From contig JASFHK010000007.1 of the NCBI GenBank assembly GCA_050123275.1, forward strand, positions 659 to 64,658: a DNA stretch of 64,000 bases. Direction: 5' to 3'. Origin of the DNA: Dehalococcoidia bacterium (lineage in GTDB: Bacteria > Chloroflexota > Dehalococcoidia > Dehalococcoidales > BS750m-G39). This document shows, in pieces, positions 9,925 through 21,066 of the stretch. Position numbers and translations under genes: made by a program. Under the pieces are notes generated by a model. That model did no database searches, was not told where the DNA came from, and saw only the letters and a list, made by a program, of their open reading frames with translations. Position 1 is the stretch's first letter. The number at the start of each line of letters is the position of its first letter.

Positions 9925-10611
9925 TTAGAACAACCCCTCCCGCTTCAGGCTGGTAAAGCTGCCCTCGCCGACGATGATATGGTCCAAAACGTCGATGCCC
10001 ACCAGCTCTCCCGCCTCGGCCAGCCGCTTGGTCAACTTAACATCGTCGGGAGAAGCCTCGGCGTCTCCCGAAGGGTGGTTATGGGCGAAGATAACGGCGG
10101 CGGCGCTGGCGGAGATGGCCTCCTTGAAGACCTCCCTGGGGTGGACGATGCTGGTGTCCAGGCTGCCCACCGAAATCTGGGCGATTTTTATGAGCTGGTT
10201 GCGCGTGTCGAGCAAAACAGCCAGGAAATACTCCTTCTTCTTAGACTGTAACCTCTTCCCCACCAGCCCCATCAAGTCCTCCGGCGTCTTGACTACGGCC
10301 TTGACCTCACGGGCATGGCCGTCGAGACGGCTGGCCAGCTCGAAGGAGGCCTTAATCTGCGCCGCCTTGGCGATACCGATGCCGCGCACCTGGGCCAGTT
10401 CCTCCACCGAGGCTTCGGCGATGCCCTTCAGGTTCTCGAACTTCGACAGCAATCTTTGCGCGGTCACCATAACCGACTCGCCGGAAACGCCCCGCCCCAT
10501 TATCACCGCCAGGATTTCCTGCGCGGAAAGTGCCTCCACCCCCAGCTTTTGCAGTCTTTCCCGGGGGCGCTCCGATACGGGCAGATCGTGTATGGTAAAA
10601 GACCTATCCAT
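9925..10611 (-). CDS. radC: RadC (HhH + JAB) family protein
   Basis: ERPRERL, GIGIAKA, VHPREVF, HNHPSG, DVLDHIIVG. Confidence 0.95.
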   Translation of the reverse strand: MDRSFTIHDLPVSERPRERLQKLGVEALSAQEILAVIMGRGVSGESVMVTAQRLLSKFENLKGIAEASVEELAQVRGIGIAKAAQIKASFELASRLDGHAREVKAVVKTPEDLMGLVGKRLQSKKKEYFLAVLLDTRNQLIKIAQISVGSLDTSIVHPREVFKEAISASAAAVIFAHNHPSGDAEASPDDVKLTKRLAEAGELVGIDVLDHIIVGEGSFTSLKREGLF

Positions 10612-11710
10612 ATTTCTCTTCCGCGTATTGCCGCCAGAGGCCGTCCAGCGTGTCCGTGTCGAAACCGTAAACGCTCTCCAGGGCGCCGTCGTAGCTGCTG
10701 CCCCCGGCGAAGGTATTAAGCAACTCGAGCATCATGGGCTGTCCGTAGCTTTCCAGCAGGTAGTCCACCAGGCTGAAGCTCTGGGCGTAGCTCAGACCGG
10801 CCTGGTAGGAGTAGGCGGAAAAGGGGCTGCAAAGGCTCTGTACCGAGATAAAGTCGTCGTTTTCCGCCGCGTTCTCCAGGTAAGCGGTATGGGTATCATC
10901 CAGCTCCCCCTCGGTGTACATGGCCAGCCCTTCGTCGAGCCAGGTGGGCAGATCGTTATAGGGGTTGAGCGTAATCTGGTGCACCACCAGGTGCGCCAGC
11001 TCGTGGGCGATAGCCCGCTTGCCCCAGGTGGCGTTGGGAGGGGCGATGCCGATGGCGATAATGCCGTGCCGCGTATAGGCCACCCCGCCCGTCCACTCCT
11101 GCGGGTAAATCATGGCCCCCTGCAGGTCCATGGAATTAGAGTAGATATAGAGCTTTACCGGCTTTTCCAGCACGGCGCCCGTGTCCTCGGAAAGCCGCGC
11201 CAGCGCTTCCTGGGCGGCTTCCATCAAGTCGGCGACGAAATCATCGTCGTCCTGGTAACAGTAGAGGGTTATCTGCCCCTCGGTGAGGGCGTCCCATTCG
11301 TAGCGCTCGTCATCGAAAAGGACGCGCTGCGGCTCCGTTTGCAGGTAGTCCCCGTCGGCGTCCTCTATCTTCCACCAGTACTCCAGGCTGGAACCGGGCG
11401 GCAACCCGCCCAGCATTACCATATCCAGCGTCCAGCCGGTTTCAACCTCGGTGCCGGAGACAAAGCCCACGTCGGCCTCGGTGAAGACGTTGGCGAAGCT
11501 GGTGCGGTCCACCGAATAGCAGAGACGGATATCGGTAATGGGCGCGTCGCTGCGCGCCGAGAGATTGAAGTCGAGGCTCATCGGGAAATCGGCCTCGGCC
11601 CAGCTCTCGACGACGGACAGCTCGCCCTGGGCCTGAACGATAACGGGGCTGAACACCGCCGCCAGCAGGCAGAGCGTTAAGGCAATAAGCGCCAGTCTCT
11701 TCTTTATCAT
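10604..11710 (-). CDS. secreted peptidase MA family metalloprotease
   Basis: signal peptide MIKKRLALIALTLCLLAA, HELAH zinc motif, WLDEG; start overlaps prfB stop. Confidence 0.85.
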   Translation of the reverse strand: MIKKRLALIALTLCLLAAVFSPVIVQAQGELSVVESWAEADFPMSLDFNLSARSDAPITDIRLCYSVDRTSFANVFTEADVGFVSGTEVETGWTLDMVMLGGLPPGSSLEYWWKIEDADGDYLQTEPQRVLFDDERYEWDALTEGQITLYCYQDDDDFVADLMEAAQEALARLSEDTGAVLEKPVKLYIYSNSMDLQGAMIYPQEWTGGVAYTRHGIIAIGIAPPNATWGKRAIAHELAHLVVHQITLNPYNDLPTWLDEGLAMYTEGELDDTHTAYLENAAENDDFISVQSLCSPFSAYSYQAGLSYAQSFSLVDYLLESYGQPMMLELLNTFAGGSSYDGALESVYGFDTDTLDGLWRQYAEEKYG

Positions 11711-12796
11711 TCTTCCCCCATTATAGAGCGAAGATAAGCGGAGATAAAGCCGTCCAGCTCGCCGTCGAGCACGGCCTCGGCGTCCCCGCTCTGGTAATCG
11801 GTGCGGTGGTCTTTGACCATCTTGTAGGGATGAAGTACGTAGCTCCGTATCTGGTTGCCCCACCCCGCCGCCACCCGCTCCCCTTTGAGCTTGGCCCTCT
11901 CCTCGGCACGCTTTTCCAGTTCCATCTCCAGAAGCCGGGAAAGCAGTATCTTCATAGCGGTATCTTTATTGAGGTGCTGGGAGCGCTCGCTCTGGCAGGA
12001 TACCGTCGTCCCCGAGGGAATATGGGTCAGCCTCACCGCGCTGCTCGTCTTCTGCATGTGCTGCCCCCCCGGCCCGCTGGAACGGAAGGTTTCCACCTTC
12101 AGGTCTTCGGGGGCTATCTTGATGTCGACGTCGGCTTCGGCTTCGGGCATCACCTCCACCAGGGCAAACGAGGTATGGCGGGCGTGGTCGGCATCGAAGG
12201 GAGAAAGCCTGACCAGACGGTGCACGCCGTGTTCGGATTTGAGGTAGCCGGTGGCGTAATCGCCGCTGACGTCGATAACGGCGCTCTTGATACCCGCCTC
12301 ATCCCCCGGCGAAATATCGAGCACCTCGGCCTTGTAGCCATGCTGTTCCGCCCAGCGTAAATACATCCTCATCAGCATCTCCGCCCAGTCCTGCGACTCG
12401 GTACCGCCGGCGCCGGCGTGGACGGACAGAATAGCGTTGCGCTGGTCGTAGTCGCTGCTGAAAGCCCGCTCCAGCTCCATCTTGTCGAGCCGCGCCTCCA
12501 GCTTGTTGACCTCGGCCTCTATTTCGGCGGACAGCGACTCATCGTCGAGAGAGAGAAGCTCGGCGGCATCGGCGGCAATCTTTTCCACCCCCCGCCACCT
12601 TTCCACCACCTTTTTCTGGTCGGCAAGCTGGCGCATAATATCCTGCGCTTTCAGCTGGTCGGCCCAGAAGTCGGGGGCGGCGGTTCGCTTCTCCAGCTTC
12701 TTAATCTCTTTTTCCCGGTTGGCTACGTCAAAGATGCACCATGGCCATCGATATTCGAGACTGCAAGTCCTTGAGTTTTTCCCTTATTTCTTGCAT
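11707..12796 (-). CDS. prfB: peptide chain release factor 2, programmed +1 frameshift
   Basis: ORF1 MQEIREKLKDLQSRISMAMVHL from ATG 12796 ends at CTT TGA C; +1 frame continues DVANREKE..APDFW; SPF and GGQ motifs. Confidence 0.95.
12727..12742 (-). promoter_or_regulatory. prfB +1 frameshift cassette
   Basis: ATGGTG-CAT-CTT-TGA-C on the minus strand. Confidence 0.9.
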
Positions 12797-13507
12797 CTAG
12801 ACAAGCCTCCGCTGTAGTCCGGCCGCGATACTATCTTTCGGGTTGAGATTGCCCCCCGCCGCCAGGTGGGCCAGCCGTGTCGGCTCCGGCAGGCGGTAGC
12901 CGCGGCAGCACTGCATCGTCCAGTGAACGGCGTTGGCCAGGTCGACCTTGTGCCCGATGGAGACGTAAATCGGCTTTACCTTGAGTTTGGTGCGCAAAAC
13001 GGCGCCGATGGTTTCCGCCCCGTCTTTAAGCTCGGCGTAGCTACCCGGCTCATCGGCGGGAGCATGGTGAATGCCGTAGAGCCGCGACTTGGCGCAGCCG
13101 ATGGCGGGCACGCCCAGGAAAAGCCCCAGGTGCGAGGCCAGCCCCAGTCGCCGGGGGTGGGCGATGCCCTGCCCGTCCACCAGAAAAAGGTCGGGGGTAA
13201 TGGCAAGTTTGCGGCAGGCGGCCAACGTTATCGGCGCTTCCCGGAAGGAGAGCAGCCCCGGCACGTAGGGGAAGTCTATGCCGTCCTCTACGGTCTGGAC
13301 CTCGGCGATTTCAAGCCCGGGGTAGCTCAAGACCACCACCGCCGCCCTACCCGCCCCCCGCGCCCGGTCCACCGATATGTCCAGGCCGGCGATATAGCGC
13401 GGGGCGGACAGCTGGTTAGCCCTTGATACAAGCGACGCCAGCTTCGATTGCAGCTCTATAGCCTCCGGGGGCTTCAGTCGCCAGCCGTGCAAATCGTCTA
13501 TTTTCAC
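12797..13507 (-). CDS. nfi: endonuclease V
   Basis: IAGLDIS, FPYVPGLLSFRE, VDGQGIAHPRRLG, IGCAKSRL, RLPEPTRLAH; GTG start 13507. Confidence 0.95.
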   Translation of the reverse strand: MKIDDLHGWRLKPPEAIELQSKLASLVSRANQLSAPRYIAGLDISVDRARGAGRAAVVVLSYPGLEIAEVQTVEDGIDFPYVPGLLSFREAPITLAACRKLAITPDLFLVDGQGIAHPRRLGLASHLGLFLGVPAIGCAKSRLYGIHHAPADEPGSYAELKDGAETIGAVLRTKLKVKPIYVSIGHKVDLANAVHWTMQCCRGYRLPEPTRLAHLAAGGNLNPKDSIAAGLQRRLV

Positions 13508-13560
13508 AACCCGATTATAGCTGCTGGATAGCCCGATGACAACCGCGAAAACCCATACCA

Positions 13561-13589
13561 TTGACACACGACGAATAATACCGCATAAT
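13561..13589 (+). promoter_or_regulatory. sigma70 promoter of rpsP operon
   Basis: TTGACA-N17-CATAAT. Confidence 0.7.
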
Positions 13590-13615
13590 AGAGCCTAAAA
13601 AGGACAGGAACAAGA

Positions 13616-14188
13616 TTGGTTAAGATTAGACTACGACGCATTGGAGCCAAAAAACAGCCTAGCTATCGACTGGTGGTAGCCGATTCTCGCTCTCCCCGCG
13701 ACGGAGCGTTTATCGCTATCATCGGCCATTACAATCCCCTCACCGACCCGGAGACACTGGTTGTTGATGAAGAGAAAGCATCGGCATGGCTGAAACAAGG
13801 CGCTCAACCCACCGACACCGCCGCCAGATTACTGGCCAAAGCCGGCATTATTGAGGAGCCTGCCGCACGCAAGGATAAGATGAAAGCAGGCACCCCCGAC
13901 AAACCGAAGGCGAGCAAGAAGAAGGCTAAGGCCGCCGCTGCTGCTGCCGAGGAAGCCAAGGCGGAAGCCCCCGCCGAGGCCGAGGCGGAAGCACCCGCGG
14001 AAGCCGAAGCGGAAGCCACGGCTGAAGAGCCGAAGGCGGAGGCCCCCGCCGAAGCGGAAGCACCCGTAGAGGCGGAAGTCGAGGAGACTAAGGCTGAGGT
14101 TACTGAAGAACCAAAGGCGGAAGCCGAGGTTATAGAACCTGAGACCAGCGCTCCTGAAGCTCCCGAAGCTGGCGATAAACAAACCTAA
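13616..14188 (+). CDS. rpsP: 30S ribosomal protein S16 with long Ala/Glu-rich tail
   Basis: [36 protein letters not shown]; TTG start. Confidence 0.95.
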   Translation: MVKIRLRRIGAKKQPSYRLVVADSRSPRDGAFIAIIGHYNPLTDPETLVVDEEKASAWLKQGAQPTDTAARLLAKAGIIEEPAARKDKMKAGTPDKPKASKKKAKAAAAAAEEAKAEAPAEAEAEAPAEAEAEATAEEPKAEAPAEAEAPVEAEVEETKAEVTEEPKAEAEVIEPETSAPEAPEAGDKQT

Positions 14189-14205
14189 ACACCCAAGGAG
14201 ACGAC

Positions 14206-14433
14206 ATGAAAGAACTAGTCGAATACATCGCCAAAGCCATTGTCAATGCGCCTGATGACGTAGTCGTCACTGAGGAAACCGACGAGCAGGGTACCACCCT
14301 CAAGCTCCAGGTCGCCGATGACGACAAAGGACGAGTCATTGGCAAGCAAGGTCGTGTCGCTCAAGCCATGCGTACCCTGCTCAGAGTAATCGCCGCTAAG
14401 GCGGGTACCCGCGCCACTCTGGAGATTATCTAA
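14206..14433 (+). CDS. khpA: KH-domain RNA-binding protein KhpA
   Basis: MKELVEYIAKAIV, DKGRVIGKQGR; between rpsP and rimM. Confidence 0.9.
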   Translation: MKELVEYIAKAIVNAPDDVVVTEETDEQGTTLKLQVADDDKGRVIGKQGRVAQAMRTLLRVIAAKAGTRATLEII

Positions 14434-14449
14434 ACCTCGCTCGATACCG

Positions 14450-14965
14450 GTGAAACCTTCCGGGCTGGAATTCATCACCATCGGGCAAATCCTGGCCCCA
14501 TGGGGTGTGAAGGGTAAATTCAAAGTAGAAGTCATCACCGACTTCCCCGAGCGCCTAGCTCCCCACTCACATCTCTATGTCGACCGCCAGCCTGTAAACG
14601 TGACCGGTGCCAGCTGGCACAAAGGCAAGGCCATCATCAAGCTGGAAGGCGTCGACAGCCCCGAACAGGCCGCCGAACTGCGCGGCAAAAACCTCGAAAT
14701 CCACCGCGACCAGCTCCAACCGCTACCCGAAGGGCAGTACTACCATTTTCAGCTCATCGGCCTCGAGGTATGGACTACCCAGGGTCAACGGATAGGAAAG
14801 GTAGTGCGGGTTTTAAGCGGCAGCAGCAACGACAACTACGAAGTCAAAGGGGAAAAGGGCGAGATGCTCATTCCCGCCATCGAGGACGTGGTCAAGTCCG
14901 TGGACATCGATAACGGGCGCATTACCATCGAGGCGATTAAGGGATTGCTGGAGCTTAACGGCTAG
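14450..14965 (+). CDS. rimM: ribosome maturation factor RimM
   Basis: [37 protein letters not shown]. Confidence 0.95.
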   Translation: MKPSGLEFITIGQILAPWGVKGKFKVEVITDFPERLAPHSHLYVDRQPVNVTGASWHKGKAIIKLEGVDSPEQAAELRGKNLEIHRDQLQPLPEGQYYHFQLIGLEVWTTQGQRIGKVVRVLSGSSNDNYEVKGEKGEMLIPAIEDVVKSVDIDNGRITIEAIKGLLELNG

Positions 14966-15390
14966 CTCTTGACTACGGGGCGCTGACGGCGCCGGCGCTG
15001 CGCCACCTGCAACCGTATCAGGGAACGCCGCAAGGCCGCCTCGGCCCGCGACATATCCATATCCGGGGCATGCTCGGCGAGCCTGGCTTCGGCGCGACGC
15101 TTGGCCTCCTCGGCGCGGGCGATGTCAATCTCTTCCACCCTCTCGGCGGCGTCGGCCAGGACGATGACGTGGTCGGGGCGAACCTCGATAAAGCCCCCCG
15201 TTACCGCCAGGTAAAACTCCTCCCCACCCTTCTTTATCAAAAGCTCACCGGGTGAAAGCGTGGTCATCAGCGGGGCGTGGTGGGGCAAAATGCCCAGCTG
15301 GCCCTGCACGCCGGGAGCGACGACCTCGTCCACGTCGTCGCAAAAGACCTCACGCTCCGCGGTCACGATATCAAGCCTGGTGGTCGCCAT
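14962..15390 (-). CDS. atpC: ATP synthase epsilon
   Basis: [27 protein letters not shown]. Confidence 0.95.
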   Translation of the reverse strand: MATTRLDIVTAEREVFCDDVDEVVAPGVQGQLGILPHHAPLMTTLSPGELLIKKGGEEFYLAVTGGFIEVRPDHVIVLADAAERVEEIDIARAEEAKRRAEARLAEHAPDMDMSRAEAALRRSLIRLQVAQRRRRQRPVVKS

Positions 15391-15393
15391 TGC

Positions 15394-16800
<1,407 letters not shown>

Positions 16801-17076
16801 CTACTTAAATTTCTTCAGCGGTATAAACCCTCTCACCTTTCGCAACTGGTAGTAGGTTTCTCCGTCCACGACCTTGGAAACGATTCTGCCCCCGTATTCC
16901 AGTGAGCTGAGCAGGTTGGATAGCTCATCGGCGTTTATCTTGACCTCCCGCTCGTTAAGCTCCGCCGTCAACTCTTTCAGGCTAAAGGCTTTGTAGAAAT
17001 TGGGGCGAAGAAAATCCATAAGCTCACCGACCGCTCCCGGGTCGTTTTTCTTGAATCTGGCGTCATTGATTGGCAT
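16801..17076 (-). CDS. hypothetical winged-helix-like protein inside atp operon
   Basis: RBS AGGAGGAGG; KAFSLKEL..LSNLLSSLEYGGRIVSKVVDGETYY helix-helix-wing pattern. Confidence 0.65.
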   Translation of the reverse strand: MPINDARFKKNDPGAVGELMDFLRPNFYKAFSLKELTAELNEREVKINADELSNLLSSLEYGGRIVSKVVDGETYYQLRKVRGFIPLKKFK

Positions 17077-17098
17077 AATAATTGTCCTCCTCCTTCTG

Positions 17099-17956
17099 CT
17101 AGGCCAGAGCCGCCGCTCCGCCGGTGATGTCGAGTAGTTCCTTGGTTATCGACTCCTGCCTTGCTTTATTATACATCAATGTCAGGTCTTCAATCAGCTC
17201 GTTGGCGTTCTCGGTGGCGTTACGCATGGCGACCATCTGAGCCGACTGCTTGCTGGCGATTGATTCCAGAATGGCGTGATATACCTGCATCTCGACGAAG
17301 CGCGGCAAAAGCTCCCCCAGCACCGCTTTGGGATTAGGCTCATAGATGTAGTCCACGTTCTGCGCCTGGGGAATGACCGCCGGTTCGACGGGAAGAATCT
17401 GCTGCATAAACGGTTTCTGCGCCATGGTCGTAATAAAACGGGTATAGACCAGGAATACCTGGTCTACCACTCCTTCGGTATAATCGTCGATAACGATACG
17501 CGATATGGGCAGGGTGTCCAGCAGGCTGGGCTGGTCGCCGAGCTGGGTGAATTCGGCGCGAATCTCCCGCCCGTACCGCCTCATAAAATCCAGTCCTTTT
17601 CGGCCGACGGTGATGAGGGTGACCGGCACGCTCTGCTCCAGAATAAAATTCGCCGTAAGGCGGTTGATGTTGGCGTTAAGCCCGCCGCACAGACCCCGGT
17701 CCGGGGTGATGTGCACCACGGCGATTTTGTTAACCGGGCGGCTCTGGAGCAGCGGGTGGGGGGCTTCCTCGCCCCCGGACAGGGCCGCCAGGTCGGCCAG
17801 TACTTGACTAATTTTATCAGAATAGGGCCTGCCTGCCAAGCCGCGCTCCTGCGCCTTGCGCATCTTGAGGGTGGCTATCATCTCCATGGCGCGCGTAATC
17901 TTGGCCGTGGACTGCACGCCCTTGATGCGCCGCTTGATTAAACGGATATTAGCCAA
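17099..17956 (-). CDS. atpG: ATP synthase gamma
   Basis: KITRAMEM, DRGLCGGLN, YNKARQESITKEL. Confidence 0.97.
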   Translation of the reverse strand: MANIRLIKRRIKGVQSTAKITRAMEMIATLKMRKAQERGLAGRPYSDKISQVLADLAALSGGEEAPHPLLQSRPVNKIAVVHITPDRGLCGGLNANINRLTANFILEQSVPVTLITVGRKGLDFMRRYGREIRAEFTQLGDQPSLLDTLPISRIVIDDYTEGVVDQVFLVYTRFITTMAQKPFMQQILPVEPAVIPQAQNVDYIYEPNPKAVLGELLPRFVEMQVYHAILESIASKQSAQMVAMRNATENANELIEDLTLMYNKARQESITKELLDITGGAAALA

Positions 17957-17959
17957 TAT

Positions 17960-18304
17960 CTATAAGCCTTTCCTTATCTCGTCGAGTACGCCCCGGAACA
18001 TGGGCGCCATCTCGAAGAACTTTTCCAGTTTATCGCAGGCGTAGTCCTCGCAGTAGGCGCAGTTGACCACGCCCCTCTTCGCCCCGCACTTCCTTATTTC
18101 GCAGACGTAGCAATGACCCACCAGACGGCCTGTGTTGGCCAGGCAGCCGTCGCAGTTGATGTCCTCCGGCTTGATGTCGGCGTGAAACTGCCGCTTCCAC
18201 TCCTCGGCGACCTCTTTACGCTTGGCGTCGTCGTTGTTCTGGGTGGCGATATAGGCACCGCAGTCGGTGCAAACTATACCGCAGTAGGCAATCATCTTCT
18301 CCAT
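17960..18304 (-). CDS. DUF3795-like Cys-rich protein inside atp operon
   Basis: IAYCGIVCTDC, INCDGC, CEIRKC..RGVVNCAYCEDYACDKL. Confidence 0.8.
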   Translation of the reverse strand: MEKMIAYCGIVCTDCGAYIATQNNDDAKRKEVAEEWKRQFHADIKPEDINCDGCLANTGRLVGHCYVCEIRKCGAKRGVVNCAYCEDYACDKLEKFFEMAPMFRGVLDEIRKGL

Positions 18305-18317
18305 GATTTACCCCCTT

Positions 18318-19829
18318 TTATAAGCTCATCCCCTGCTTGAACTCGGCGATGGCTTTCTTCAGCGCCTCTTCGTTCTGGGCGCTAAGTTCCTTGTCCTTAT
18401 TGATGGCCTTACCGATTTCGGGGTGGTTCGCCTCCAGAAAACGGTGGAAGTTAACCTCGAAGCTGGTGACCTTGTCCACGGCCACGTCATCCAGGTGCCC
18501 GTTGATGGCAGCGTAGAGAATGGTGACCTGCTTGTCCAGCGACATGGGCACGTATTGCGGCTGCTTCAAGACTTCGGTGAGGCGCTGGCCGCGCTCCAGC
18601 TGCGCCCGCGTCGCCTTGTCCAGCTCGGAGGTGCCGAACTGGGCGAAGGCGGCCAGCTCGCGGAACTGGACCAGCTCCAGCCTCAGCTTGCCCGCCACCT
18701 GTTTCATGGCCTTGGTCTGGGCGGCGCTGCCCACGCGCGAAACGGAAAGACCCGCGTTCAGCGCCGGGCGGTTGCCGGCGTTGAATAGGTCGGTTTCCAG
18801 GTACATCTGGCCGTCGGTGATGGAGATAACGTTGGTCGGGATGTAGGCCGACATGTCGCCCGCCTGCGTCTCGATGATGGGTATCGCCGTCAGCGAGCCC
18901 CCGCCGTATTTGTCGGCGTATTTGGCCGCCCTTTCCAGCAAGCGGCTGTGCAGGTAGAAAACGTCGCCGGGATAGGCTTCCCGCCCCGGCGGGCGCCGCA
19001 GCAACAGGGAAAGCTGACGGTAGGCCCAGCTGTGCTTGGAAAGGTCGTCGTAGATAACCAGCGCGTCCTTGCCCGCTTCCATGAAGTACTCGCCCATGGC
19101 GCAGCCGGCGTAGGGCGCCAGGTATTGCATGGCCACCGAGTCGGAGGCGTTGGCCGCCACCACGATGGTATGCTCCATCGCCCCGTGCTCTTCTAAAGTA
19201 GCCACCACCCGCGCCACTTTAGACGCCTTCTGGCCGATGGCGACGTAGATACAGACCAGGTCGCCGCCTTTTTGATTGATGATGGTGTCCAGGGTAATCG
19301 CCGTCTTGCCCGTAGAGCGGTCGCCGATAATCAGCTCGCGCTGACCGCGACCCAGCGGAATCAGGCTGTCGATAGCCTTGATGCCGGTCTGCACCGGCGT
19401 GTCCACCGACTGACGGCGGGTAACGTTGGGGGCGATTCTTTCCATGGCCATCGTCTTCTTGGTTTTGACGGCCCCCTGCCCGTCCAGCGGGTTACCCAGG
19501 GCGTCCACCACCCGCCCGATAAGGGCCTCACCCACCGGCACCTCGGCGATGCGCCCCGTGCAGCGCACCTCGTCCCCCTCCTTGATGGTGGTGTAGTCGC
19601 CCATGATAACGGAGGCGACGCTGTCCTCTTCCAGGTTCAGGGCAATGCCCATTATGTCGTTGGGAAACTGCAACAGCTCGTTGTACTTGGCTGCCGCCAG
19701 CCCGTGAATACGGGCGATGCCGTCGCCGATTTCAATAACATTGCCGACATCGACCATCTTCACCGGCTCCCCGAACTGCTCTATTTGCTGCTTAATAACC
19801 GAAACGATGTCCTGCCCTTTTATGGTCAT
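18318..19829 (-). CDS. atpA: ATP synthase alpha
   Basis: [34 protein letters not shown]. Confidence 0.98.
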   Translation of the reverse strand: MTIKGQDIVSVIKQQIEQFGEPVKMVDVGNVIEIGDGIARIHGLAAAKYNELLQFPNDIMGIALNLEEDSVASVIMGDYTTIKEGDEVRCTGRIAEVPVGEALIGRVVDALGNPLDGQGAVKTKKTMAMERIAPNVTRRQSVDTPVQTGIKAIDSLIPLGRGQRELIIGDRSTGKTAITLDTIINQKGGDLVCIYVAIGQKASKVARVVATLEEHGAMEHTIVVAANASDSVAMQYLAPYAGCAMGEYFMEAGKDALVIYDDLSKHSWAYRQLSLLLRRPPGREAYPGDVFYLHSRLLERAAKYADKYGGGSLTAIPIIETQAGDMSAYIPTNVISITDGQMYLETDLFNAGNRPALNAGLSVSRVGSAAQTKAMKQVAGKLRLELVQFRELAAFAQFGTSELDKATRAQLERGQRLTEVLKQPQYVPMSLDKQVTILYAAINGHLDDVAVDKVTSFEVNFHRFLEANHPEIGKAINKDKELSAQNEEALKKAIAEFKQGMSL

Positions 19830-19843
19830 TCAGGCCACCTCCT

Positions 19844-20386
19844 TCACTTTAGTCCGCCCGCGGCTAATTCATTCTTCAACGCCAGCAGTCGGCTGCGGGT
19901 GCTGCCGTCGAGCAGCTTGCCGCCGACCCGGGCAATCATGCCCCCCACCAGGCTTGGGTCAACGCTGACGTCGAGCACGATTTTCTTGCCCACCACCTTG
20001 CCCAGATGCTCCTCCAGCCGCTTTTTATCGGCGGCGTCCAGCGGCACGGCGGTGACCACCTCGGCGTGCTCGATGCCACGGTATTGGTCGAGCAGCTCGT
20101 GGTACTCCGCGGCGATGTCGCCGGCCATGCTCAAGCGCCCGCGCGCCACCAGCAGGTAGACCAGGTTGCGCGCCAGCGGGTTGACGCCGCCCAAGACTTT
20201 ATCCAGTATTTCCTTCTTCTTCTCGAAGTCGAGCTTGGGGTCTTCCACCAGCCTGACAAAGGCGGCATTCTCCCCCATCGGGGCGATTTTAGTTAAATCG
20301 TCCCGCCACTTATCCAGCTCTTTTCTTTCCAGAGCAATCTCGAAGACCGCCCTGGCGTAACGTCGGGCATAAACTCTGGCTGCCAC
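19844..20386 (-). CDS. atpH: ATP synthase delta
   Basis: ARRYARAVF, VDPSLVGG, LLDGS. Confidence 0.95.
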   Translation of the reverse strand: MAARVYARRYARAVFEIALERKELDKWRDDLTKIAPMGENAAFVRLVEDPKLDFEKKKEILDKVLGGVNPLARNLVYLLVARGRLSMAGDIAAEYHELLDQYRGIEHAEVVTAVPLDAADKKRLEEHLGKVVGKKIVLDVSVDPSLVGGMIARVGGKLLDGSTRSRLLALKNELAAGGLK

Positions 20387-20402
20387 GTTGACTCCCTAGC
20401 GA

Positions 20403-20915
20403 TTATTCCTTCTTCAGGGTCGGGGCTTCTTCCAGCACCTTGTCGATAATCTGGCGGTGGGCTTTCTTGTCCAGAGAACGGTCGATGACCTTCTCCGCCG
20501 CTTCCACCGTCAGGTCGGCGAATTCCTTACGCAGCTCGCCGACGGCCTCGTTGCGCTCCTGCTGAATCTCGGCCCGCGCCCTGGCCAGCAGGGTCTCGGC
20601 TTCCTGCCGCGCCTGCTCCTGCGCCTCTTTCCTCACCTCTTCACCGGTGCGCATCGCCCGCGCCACCACCTCTTCCCCTTCCCGGCTGGCATCGGTGATA
20701 CGCTTGGCCGCCTCTTCCTCGGCACGCTCCGCCTGCAGCTTGATTTGCTCCGTCTGATCCATGCTCTCTTTGATACGGCGCGAGCGCTCGTCGAGCATGC
20801 GCATCACGGGCTTATAAGCCACCAGGTAGAGCAGCCCGAAAAGGACGACAACGTTGATGAGCTGCGCTATCAACGACGGCAGGTTTATACCCAGTGATTC
20901 GAATAAAACTCCCAT
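20403..20915 (-). CDS. atpF: ATP synthase subunit b
   Basis: N-terminal TM helix, YKPVMRMLDERS, coiled coil. Confidence 0.95.
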   Translation of the reverse strand: MGVLFESLGINLPSLIAQLINVVVLFGLLYLVAYKPVMRMLDERSRRIKESMDQTEQIKLQAERAEEEAAKRITDASREGEEVVARAMRTGEEVRKEAQEQARQEAETLLARARAEIQQERNEAVGELRKEFADLTVEAAEKVIDRSLDKKAHRQIIDKVLEEAPTLKKE

Positions 20916-20933
20916 TTATATCCCCCTCGGCAT

Positions 20934-21041
20934 CTAGATAGCCAGCACCGCCGCCGTCACCAGCCCAGCCAGGATTAAAACACCCAGTATGGCCGCGCCG
21001 ATAATAATACCTATTGCCAGAGGCATTCCACCGTCTTCCAT
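20934..21041 (-). CDS. 35-aa single-helix membrane protein (below ORF-track cutoff)
   Basis: GAGGAGGT RBS, then ATG; MEDGGMPLAIGIIIGAAILGVLILAGLVTAAVLAI*. Confidence 0.7.
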   Translation of the reverse strand: MEDGGMPLAIGIIIGAAILGVLILAGLVTAAVLAI

Positions 21042-21066
21042 AATATTACCTCCTCAAAAATTCCGG

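Noticed and set aside
7805-11680. Long + strand ORFs 7805-9505 and 9974-11680 (also 46718-47980, 54788-56254 and many others)
   Set aside because: Antisense or alternate-frame shadows of well-supported genes in GC-rich DNA; no motifs.
11707-12796. prfB as a truncated gene or pseudogene
   Set aside because: The break is the known CTT TGA C programmed frameshift.
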